Part shown: in pieces, positions 18,850 through 26,331 of the stretch | Position numbering within the stretch: position 1 is the stretch's first letter | How the letters are laid out: the number at the start of each line of letters is the position of its first letter | Assembly (NCBI GenBank): GCA_036149055.1 | Contig: JAYZQJ010000249.1 | Location: 1-46,699 of the forward strand | Length of the DNA stretch: 46,699 nucleotides | Reading direction: 5' to 3' | DNA from: Myxococcota bacterium | GTDB taxonomy: Bacteria; Myxococcota_A; Polyangia; Polyangiales; Sandaracinaceae | Translations under genes and position numbers: made by a program | Notes under the pieces: model-generated | What the model saw: the letters and a program-made list of their open reading frames with translations, nothing else | Told to the model about the DNA's origin: nothing | Databases searched by the model: none

Positions 18850-19953
18850 TCAGAGCTGAGAGAGGAAGCGCGGATCGTTCTCGTAGAGGAGCCGGATGTT
18901 CGACACCCCGTGGCGGAGCATCGCGATCCGATCGATCCCCATGCCGAAGGCGAAGCCGGTGTAGCGCTCGGGGTCGATCCCGAGGCCCTCGAACACGACC
19001 GGGTGGATCATCCCGCAGCCGAGGATCTCCATCCAGCCGGTCCCCTTGCACACGCGGCAGGCGCGGGTGCGATCGCGCTGGGCGTCGGAGCCGGCGTCGC
19101 TCCACGGCTGGCAGAAGACGCAGCCCATGTCGAGCTCGGCGCCCGGCTCGACGAAGGGGAAGTAGCTCGGGCGGAAGCGCACCGGGACCTCGTCGCCGAA
19201 GAGGCGCCGCACGAACGCGGTGAGCACGCCCTTGAGGTGGGCGAAGGTCAGCCCCTCGTCGACCGCGAAGCCGTCGATCTGCGCGAACATCGGCGAGTGG
19301 GTCGCGTCGTCGTCGCGACGGTAGACCGCGCCGGGGCAGATCACGGCCATCGGCGGCTCGCGATCTTTCATCTGGTGCACCTGGATGGTGGTGGTGTGGG
19401 TGCGGAGCACCACGTCCAGGTCCGGCTTCCCGTCGGGCCGCTTCACGAAGAAGCTGTCCTGCATGTCGGTGGCCGGGTGGTCGGGCGGGAAGCCGAGCTT
19501 GTCGAAGTTGTGGGCCGCCCAGTCGATCTCGGGCGCGTCCGCCACGTCGAAGCCGAGCGCGACGAAGACGTCCATCAGCTCGTGGATCGTCCGGGTCAGC
19601 GGGTGGAGTCGCCCGCGGCGCACCTCGCGCCCCGGGAGCGTGACGTCGAGCGCCGGCCCGGTCAGCTCCGCCTCGCGCTCGGCGCGCGCGAGCTGCTCGA
19701 GGGCGCCGTCGAAGGCCTTGGCGATCTCGGTCTTCACCGCGTTGGCGCGCTGGCCGAATTCCCGCCGCCGGTCCTTCGGCAGCTTGGGCATCAGCTTCAT
19801 GAGCCGGGTCAGCTCACCCTGCGGGCCCACCAGCTTCGCGTTCGCCTCGCGTAGCGCCTGCTCGGTCTTCGCGTCGGCGAAGGCGCTCGCCTGCGCCCCC
19901 GCCACCGCCGACAGGCCCCGCTCGAACTCCTCGACCGCTTCCGTTTCGCTCAT
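18850..19953 (-). CDS. pheS: Phenylalanine-tRNA ligase alpha subunit
   Basis: DVTLPG, HPATDMQDSF, LRTHTT, DATHSPMF, RFRPSYFPFVEPG, GFAFGMGIDR. Confidence 0.98.
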   Translation of the reverse strand: MSETEAVEEFERGLSAVAGAQASAFADAKTEQALREANAKLVGPQGELTRLMKLMPKLPKDRRREFGQRANAVKTEIAKAFDGALEQLARAEREAELTGPALDVTLPGREVRRGRLHPLTRTIHELMDVFVALGFDVADAPEIDWAAHNFDKLGFPPDHPATDMQDSFFVKRPDGKPDLDVVLRTHTTTIQVHQMKDREPPMAVICPGAVYRRDDDATHSPMFAQIDGFAVDEGLTFAHLKGVLTAFVRRLFGDEVPVRFRPSYFPFVEPGAELDMGCVFCQPWSDAGSDAQRDRTRACRVCKGTGWMEILGCGMIHPVVFEGLGIDPERYTGFAFGMGIDRIAMLRHGVSNIRLLYENDPRFLSQL

Positions 19954-19989
19954 CTCGTCCTCGATGTGACGCGAGTCCCTGATGCGAGG

Positions 19990-20020
19990 ATGCCCGCTGC
20001 GGTACGACCGCAGCGGGCAT
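19990..20020. other. Perfect 14-bp hairpin between rplT and pheS
   Basis: ATGCCCGCTGCGGT-ACG-ACCGCAGCGGGCAT; no flanking U-tract. Confidence 0.7.
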
Positions 20021-20049
20021 TCCCGGCGACACGATCTGGCTGTCTCGCT

Positions 20050-20397
20050 TCAGCCGGCGACCGCGTCGACGACCGCCTTGAAGCCACCCGGATCGCGCAG
20101 GGCGAGGTCCGCGAGGATCTTGCGGTCGAGCGCGACGTCGGACGCCTTCAGCTGGTGCATGAGCTTGCTGTAGGTCGTGCCGTGCAGACGCGCGGCGGCG
20201 TTGATGCGGATGATCCACAGGCGACGGAAGTCGCGCTTCTTGCGGCGGCGGCCGATGTAGGACTCGCGCCACGCGCGCCGGACCTGCTCGACGGCGTCAC
20301 CGAAGATTCGGCTGCGCGCGCCGTAGAAGCCGCGGGCGTGCTTGAGGACCTTCTTGCGGCGACGACGCGCCTTGAAACCACGCTTGGCTCTGGGCAT
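20050..20397 (-). CDS. rplT: 50S ribosomal protein L20
   Basis: MPRAKRG..ARGFYGARSR..RKKRDFRRLWIIRINAAAR..LDRKILADLA. Confidence 0.98.
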   Translation of the reverse strand: MPRAKRGFKARRRRKKVLKHARGFYGARSRIFGDAVEQVRRAWRESYIGRRRKKRDFRRLWIIRINAAARLHGTTYSKLMHQLKASDVALDRKILADLALRDPGGFKAVVDAVAG

Positions 20398-20409
20398 CTC
20401 TCGTCTCCC

Positions 20410-20607
20410 TCAGGCCTTCGCCAGCATGCGAAGGACGTTACGCTCGTCGGCCTTGTCGACCATGTCGTTCTTGCGGAGCCGGCGAAGTCGGCGCTTGTTC
20501 TTGCCGATCATCATGTGGCTCTTGTTGGCCTTGCCGCGGCGGACACGGCCGGTACCGGTGACCTTGAAGCGCTTCTTCGCGCCGCTATGGGTCTTCATCT
20601 TGGGCAT
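20410..20607 (-). CDS. rpmI: 50S ribosomal protein L35
   Basis: [28 protein letters not shown]. Confidence 0.98.
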   Translation of the reverse strand: MPKMKTHSGAKKRFKVTGTGRVRRGKANKSHMMIGKNKRRLRRLRKNDMVDKADERNVLRMLAKA

Positions 20608-20712
20608 CGGAACAGCTCCCTTGGAGTGAACGCGGAGGCCAGCGCGCACGCGGCCCCGCGCGGGGTCCGGAGTTCTGGCAGGGGTCGGGGGGCGCGTCAA
20701 GCGAAGAGAGGG

Positions 20713-21360
20713 CTACTCTTCTTCGTCGCTCGACTCGCCCCGCTGGGGCTTCTCTTCTTCGCGGCGCAGGGCCTCCTTGGCGGCGTGCGCGGCCTGCGCG
20801 GCCACCCGAGCCCGGATCTCCTGCTTCGGCGCGATGATGCAGGTCATGGTCCGGCCCTCCATGCGGGGCTGCTGCTCCATGATCCCGATGTCGGAGACGT
20901 TCTCCATGATGTAGTCGAGCTGCCGCCGAGCGGTCTCGGGGTGGGTGATCTCGCGGCCTCGGAAGCGGCAGGTGACCTTCACCTTGTTGCCCTCTTCGAG
21001 GAAGCGGCGCGAGTGCTTCACCTTGAACTCGAGATCGTGCTCGTCCGTCTTGGGACGGAGCTTGACCTCCTTCAGCTCGACCTGGACCTGGGCCTTCCGA
21101 GACGCCCGCTTCTTCTTGGACTCCTCGTACTTGTACTTCCCGTAGTCCATCACCTTGCAGACAGGCGGCTGGGCCTTGGGATTGACCTCGACCAGATCGA
21201 GCTCTTTCTCGCGCGCGAGCTTCTTCGCGTCGATGGTGGCCATGATGCCGAGCATCTCGCCCTCGGCGCCGATCACACGGACCTCGGGCACGCGAATGCG
21301 ATCATTGATTCGGGGGCCGGAGAACTGCTGCCGACGCGGATCGAAACGACGCCTACCGAT
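20713..21360 (-). CDS. infC: Translation initiation factor IF-3 (probable AUC start)
   Basis: RINDRIRVPEVRVI..LDLVEVNP..PPVCKVMDYGKYKYE..KVKVTCRFRGRE. The frame stays open upstream of the track's GTG to ATC at 21360, 8 nt after AGGAGGT. Confidence 0.96.
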   Translation of the reverse strand: MGRRRFDPRRQQFSGPRINDRIRVPEVRVIGAEGEMLGIMATIDAKKLAREKELDLVEVNPKAQPPVCKVMDYGKYKYEESKKKRASRKAQVQVELKEVKLRPKTDEHDLEFKVKHSRRFLEEGNKVKVTCRFRGREITHPETARRQLDYIMENVSDIGIMEQQPRMEGRTMTCIIAPKQEIRARVAAQAAHAAKEALRREEEKPQRGESSDEEE

Positions 21361-21611
21361 GACTCTCTACCTCCTGCTGGAAGGGCGCTGCCCTTCGATG
21401 GACGCGAACGCGCGTGCGCACACCCGTCGTCGGGCGAGCCACGGCATGATGAAACCTACGGCCCTGGACCACAAGAGCGGTCGGGCAACCACCTGCGCGC
21501 GAGGGCGCCGTCATGCCGAGGCGATCATGCGATCGAATCGCGCCCTGGAGGTGGCTGCTGCACAGGTCGAAGTGACGTGTCGACGCCCGCTCGCGATCGA
21601 GGGGCTCGGGT

Positions 21612-21683
<72 letters not shown>

Positions 21684-21734
21684 TCGTTCCGTGTTCCGGT
21701 TCGGGGAGATTCCCCAGCGCCGAAACGGAGCGAG

Positions 21735-21763
21735 TGATTACCGCCGGGCTCGGTACCTGTCAA
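21735..21763 (-). promoter_or_regulatory. Putative sigma70 promoter of the tRNA-Val/infC unit
   Basis: TTGACA-N17-TAATCA on the minus strand. Confidence 0.55.
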
Positions 21764-21828
21764 GCACGGATCCGAATGAGGCTCCGAGCGGCAACCCCTG
21801 CTATCCTCGCGCTCCAGCGAATCGAGCC

Positions 21829-22794
21829 ATGCCCGTCGAATTTCCAGAGATCCTCCGCGCCTGGCCGGTCGTGCACCGCTACCTGCCGCGCACGCCCCTC
21901 TACCGGTACACGCTCCTGAGCGGGAGGCTCGGCTTCGACGCCTACGTGAAGCACGAGAATCACCTGCCCATCGGCGCCTTCAAGGTCCGCGGCGGGGTGA
22001 ACCTCTTCGCGAACCTGAGCGACCAGCAGCGCGCCCGCGGGGTCATCACCGCCACCCGCGGCAACCACGGGCTCTCGCTCGCGTGGTCGGCCCGGACCTT
22101 CGGATCGCGCGCGGTGATCTACGTGCCGAAGGGCAACAACCCCGAGAAGAACGCGATCATGGACGCGCTCGGGGGCGAGGTGGTCATCCACGGCCGCGAC
22201 TTCGACGAGGCGCGGGCCGAGGCCGAGGCGCACGCGGAGAACGAGCTGCTCCGCTACGTCCACCCCGCGAACGAGCCCCTGCTCATCGCGGGCGTCGGCA
22301 CCTACGCGATGGAGATCGCCGAGGAGCTGCCCGATCTCGACGCGATCATCGTCCCCATCGGCGGGGGCAGCCTGATCAGCGGCACGGTGGTCGCCCTCCG
22401 CACCCTGAAGCCGGACGTCGAGATCATCGGCGTCCAGGCGGAGCGCGCCTGCGCGCTCGCCAAGAGCCTCGAGGCGGGCAAGGTGGTCGAGATCGAGAAC
22501 GCCGACACCTTCGCGGACGGCCTCGCGACCCGCTTCGCCTTCGAGATGCCGTTCGAGATCGTGAAGGACAAGATCGACCGCATGGTCCTCGTGACCGAGG
22601 ACGAGATGCGGGAGGCGGTCCGGACGGCCCTCGAGACGACCCACAACGTCGCCGAGGGCGCCGCCGCCGCGACCTACGCCGCCGCCTACAAGCTCCGCCA
22701 CGAGCTCGCGCGGAAGAAGGTCGTCCTGGTCCACAGCGGGCACAACATCGATCGCGACACGCTGCGCTGGTCGATCGGCCTCTTCGACGCCTGA
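21829..22794 (+). CDS. PLP-dependent threonine/serine dehydratase-family enzyme (no regulatory domain)
   Basis: VKHENHLPIGAFKVRGG (PLP Lys), TRGNHG, VPIGGGSLISG, TFADGLA, SGHNID. Confidence 0.9.
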   Translation: MPVEFPEILRAWPVVHRYLPRTPLYRYTLLSGRLGFDAYVKHENHLPIGAFKVRGGVNLFANLSDQQRARGVITATRGNHGLSLAWSARTFGSRAVIYVPKGNNPEKNAIMDALGGEVVIHGRDFDEARAEAEAHAENELLRYVHPANEPLLIAGVGTYAMEIAEELPDLDAIIVPIGGGSLISGTVVALRTLKPDVEIIGVQAERACALAKSLEAGKVVEIENADTFADGLATRFAFEMPFEIVKDKIDRMVLVTEDEMREAVRTALETTHNVAEGAAAATYAAAYKLRHELARKKVVLVHSGHNIDRDTLRWSIGLFDA

Positions 22795-22862
22795 CCGGGG
22801 GGCGTCGAGACCTCTCACGGGGTCCGTTGCGCCCTCTCCGGCTCGCTGTCACCCTCCGCGGC

Positions 22863-24356
22863 ATGCCGGAGGCCCGGGACGAGGTACAGCATCGCCCTCT
22901 CCCCTCGGTCGACATCCCGCTCCTGCGCGACGACGTCCGCTCGACGCGCCTGAAGCGCGCGGTCGCCCTGGGGGTGCTGGGCGTGGCCGCGATCGCCGGC
23001 CTCATCGCGCTCTTCGTCTACCCCGGCCTCTCGTCGGACGACGCCGAGGCGCCCGAGGAGGCCCAGACCGCCGACGCCCCGCCGGAGCCCGGCTCCTGGG
23101 CGGAGACCGCCGAGGCGGTGGCGCCCGAGGCGATGGACGAGGCGGCCGGGCCCGACGAGCCCGAGACGCCCGAGGCGGCCGCCGCGCCGCCGCCCACCGA
23201 GGAGCTGGAGGGCGGGGCCACCCGGACGGTCCGGCAGTTCGGCGAGGCGCGAGGGTTCCGGCCGGCGCTGGTGAACGCCGGGTGCACGGGCGAGGAGGCG
23301 GACGCGCTGATCGCCGCGCTCGGCGAGGTGATGGACTTCCGGCGCTGCCGCCCGTCCCACGAGATGGTCTTCGTGCGCAACGAGGACGGCACCCTGCGGC
23401 GCTTCACCTACAACGCCAGCATCACCCAGATCTACGAGGCGAGCCGCGACGACGAGGGCACGCTGGTCGGCCGTCAGGTGCCGATCCCGATCGAGCGCGT
23501 CCGGATCCGCCGCGGCGGGACCATCCGCTCCTCGCTCGGCAGCGCGCTCGAGCGCGTGGGGCTCGGCCGGACTCTGGTCGGGGTCTTCGTGGAGACCTTC
23601 GCCCGCGAGGTGAACTTCAACACCCACACCCGCGCCGGCGACACCTTCCGCATCATCGTCGAGGAGGAGCGCGTCGCCGGCGAGCTGCTCCGCTACGGCA
23701 CGGTGCACGCGCTCGAGGTGAACGGGCAGCGGCTCGGGCACCACCAGGCCTTCTGGTTCGAGCCCAGCGAGGGCGACGGGGACTTCTTCGACGAGTCCGG
23801 GCGGGCGGTGCACGGCGGCTGGCTCCGGACCCCGCTGCGCTACGACCACATCAGCTCGCCCTTCGATCCGCGCCGCATGCACCCGATCCTGCGCCGGATC
23901 CACCCGCACAACGGGGTCGACTACGCGGCCTCCACGGGGACCCCGGTCTGGGCGGCCGCCGACGGCACGATCACCGTGATCGGCCCGCGCGGCGCCAACG
24001 GCAACCTGGTGTCCATCCGCCACGCCAACGGCTACGAGACGCACTACGCGCACCTCAGCCGCTTCGCGTCGGGCCTCGAGCAGGGCGACACCGTCGAGCA
24101 GCGTCAGGTGATCGGCTACGTCGGCTCGACCGGGCGCTCCACCGGCCCGCACCTCCACTTCGGGCTCAAGCGTCACGGCCGGTTCATCGACCCCCAGGCC
24201 GAGCTCAACGGCCCCGGCCGCATGATGGCGTCGGCCCACCTCGGTCGATACCGCCGCCGGGTCCGGGAGCTCCAGCGAGAGCTCGCCCAGATCGCCGTCG
24301 CGCCGGCCCCGGAGGGCGAGGACGAGCCGGAGCCCGAGTCGGCCCCGAGCGACTGA
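22863..24356 (+). CDS. M23-family peptidoglycan endopeptidase, membrane-anchored
   Basis: N-terminal TM helix. ISSPFDPRRMHPIL..HNGVDYAA, YAHLS and GSTGRSTGPHLHF zinc motifs. Confidence 0.93.
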   Translation: MPEARDEVQHRPLPSVDIPLLRDDVRSTRLKRAVALGVLGVAAIAGLIALFVYPGLSSDDAEAPEEAQTADAPPEPGSWAETAEAVAPEAMDEAAGPDEPETPEAAAAPPPTEELEGGATRTVRQFGEARGFRPALVNAGCTGEEADALIAALGEVMDFRRCRPSHEMVFVRNEDGTLRRFTYNASITQIYEASRDDEGTLVGRQVPIPIERVRIRRGGTIRSSLGSALERVGLGRTLVGVFVETFAREVNFNTHTRAGDTFRIIVEEERVAGELLRYGTVHALEVNGQRLGHHQAFWFEPSEGDGDFFDESGRAVHGGWLRTPLRYDHISSPFDPRRMHPILRRIHPHNGVDYAASTGTPVWAAADGTITVIGPRGANGNLVSIRHANGYETHYAHLSRFASGLEQGDTVEQRQVIGYVGSTGRSTGPHLHFGLKRHGRFIDPQAELNGPGRMMASAHLGRYRRRVRELQRELAQIAVAPAPEGEDEPEPESAPSD

Positions 24357-24363
24357 GGTTCTT

Positions 24364-24520
24364 GGAGGGTTTGGTGCAAACCCTCCCCCCATTGGGCAAA
24401 GCGCCAATGGGGCCCCCCTCCCGACTCCGTCGGGGCGTCGCGCGCTTCGCGCGCTGGCCCCGCGACCCCAGCGACGGGGCGCTGGGGGCCCTGCGGCTCG
24501 CGCTCGCGCTGCGCGCGAGC
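24364..24520. repeat. Run of six closely spaced hairpins between convergent genes (structured repeat or ncRNA)
   Basis: Stems: 24364-73/77-86 (10 bp), 24387-95/404-12 (9 bp), 24420-25/29-34, 24440-45/49-54, 24466-73/80-87, 24496-503/513-20. Confidence 0.6.
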
Positions 24521-24667
24521 TGGCCGCCCGCTGCCGCGGGCTCGAACACAGGTGGTGGTGGTCCGTGCGGCGACGTCGCTGCGCTCGTCGCCTGCCGTCG
24601 TCTCGGGTCAGTGTGGTGGAAGCGGGCGGGGGGGCCTCGGCGCCATTGTTTGCCAGACCTCGAGGCC

Positions 24668-26218
24668 TCAGCCCGGCAGGGTGCCGTTGAGGTACTCCTC
24701 GAGGTTCGTGTAGCCGTCCTCGTCGGGGTCCGCGTTGCGGTCCTCGGGGTCGCTGGGCGAGAGGCCGTGCGCCGTCTCCCACACGTCGGCCATGCCGTCG
24801 GCGTCCGCGTCCTCGTAGGGCGTCCCATCGGCGAGGGTCGGCCAGCCGCCCACGTCGTCCGGGTGGTCGAGGCGCCGCCCGGTCGTGCCCTCGCGATCGG
24901 TCCCGCTGCGCACGTCGGCGAGCACCCGGGCGTCGACGGCGTCGATCGCGACCCGGAAGCTCCCGTCGGGCGCGGCGGCGAGGCGGGCGCCGGCGTCCTC
25001 GGGGACGCGCGCGAAGACCTCGGACGCCGCCATGATCCGGGTGGTCGGCGTCTCGGCCGGCGTGGTGACCTGGAACGCGGGGTCGGCGGGGGTCCGGCTG
25101 AGGAACTCGGACGTGGCCATCCACTCGTCGTCGCCTTCGTTCCGCGCCGGCGTGAGGTTGTCCCGCACGAACATCTCGACGTTCCCGGAGACGAGCACGT
25201 TGTTGCGGTGGCCGTCGCAGGAGTGGGGGCCCTGCATGATCAGGTTCCCGATCGCGTTGCCTCGCAGGGTCGCGTCGCCGCGGCCGTTGAACTGCATCGC
25301 GTAGCAGACGTTGTAGACGAGGTTGTTCACCGCCTCCATGACGCCGCCGCCCTCGTTGAGGAAGGCCGGGTTGCGGCCGACGTTGTTGGCGAAGACGTTG
25401 CGGTAGAACGTGACCCGGTCGGAGCCGGCCCCGATGATCGGGCCCAGCGCGTGGGGCTCGAGCGGGCCGTCGGCCGTGCAGTCGTCGCTGTGGGTGCTGT
25501 CGTGCAGCGCCTCGGCGAGGATCGAGTGCTGCACCGTCGTCCGGCGCGCCGGCCAGAACGTGAGCAGCTGGTCGGTGGTCCAGCTGGCGCTCACGTGGTC
25601 GATCATCACGAGCTCCCCGTCGACCTGGATCGCGTCCCCCACGCACTCCCCGCCCTCGGTGCTCGGGCCGCGGCGGAGCCGGAGGTGGCGGAGGATCACG
25701 TCGTGGGTGCGGATCCGGAACAGGCTCAGGCTGCGGGCGCCGTTGCCCCGCACGAGGATCCCGTCGCCGGGCGCGGTGTGGCCGGCGATGGTGATGAAGG
25801 GATCGTCGATGACGATCGGCGTGCTCACCGTGATCGTGCCCCCGACCCGGAACACCACGGTGCGCGGACCTTCGGCCTCGCAGGCGGCGCGCAGGCTGCC
25901 CGGCCCGGCGTCGTCGAGGCTCGTCACCTGGATGACGCGGCCGCCGCGGCCGCCGACGGCCTCGGCGCCGAACCCCTCGGCGGTCGGGAACGCGCCGAAC
26001 GGGACGTCCACCGTGTCACGCCCGCCGTCCCCCGGCCCGCCGTCCCCGGGCCCCGCATCATCTCGCCCGCCATCGGGTCGGGCCGCGTCGATCGTCGCGG
26101 CGTCGCGTCGCCCCCCGTCGGTCGGCCCGTCGCCCGTGCCGCCGCACCCCGCGAGGGCCAGCACCCCCGCCGCCGAGATCCGGGAGAAGAAGACCGCCCA
26201 GCCGTAGCCTCGCCGCAT
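24668..26218 (-). CDS. Pectate lyase-like (PL1 beta-helix) lipoprotein
   Basis: Lipobox LAGC. AFPTAEGFGAEAVGGRGGRVIQVTSLDDAGPGSLRAA, ITIAGHTAPGDG, IDHVSASW, GRNP, and C-terminal DADADGMADVWE..DGYTNLEEYLN. Confidence 0.9.
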   Translation of the reverse strand: MRRGYGWAVFFSRISAAGVLALAGCGGTGDGPTDGGRRDAATIDAARPDGGRDDAGPGDGGPGDGGRDTVDVPFGAFPTAEGFGAEAVGGRGGRVIQVTSLDDAGPGSLRAACEAEGPRTVVFRVGGTITVSTPIVIDDPFITIAGHTAPGDGILVRGNGARSLSLFRIRTHDVILRHLRLRRGPSTEGGECVGDAIQVDGELVMIDHVSASWTTDQLLTFWPARRTTVQHSILAEALHDSTHSDDCTADGPLEPHALGPIIGAGSDRVTFYRNVFANNVGRNPAFLNEGGGVMEAVNNLVYNVCYAMQFNGRGDATLRGNAIGNLIMQGPHSCDGHRNNVLVSGNVEMFVRDNLTPARNEGDDEWMATSEFLSRTPADPAFQVTTPAETPTTRIMAASEVFARVPEDAGARLAAAPDGSFRVAIDAVDARVLADVRSGTDREGTTGRRLDHPDDVGGWPTLADGTPYEDADADGMADVWETAHGLSPSDPEDRNADPDEDGYTNLEEYLNGTLPG

Positions 26219-26331
26219 GCGCCGCACGCTACCGGCGCGCGTCTCCGGACACAATCCACCGTGCCCTAGCCGCTTCGCGTCGGTCTGCTAGTCTCCGGGC
26301 GCCGCGGGCCCAGCGCCCGCGCTCGCTTTTC

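Noticed and set aside
20671..20700. Internal promoter before rpmI (TTGACG at 20700-20695)
   Set aside because: No convincing -10 element at 16-18 nt spacing.
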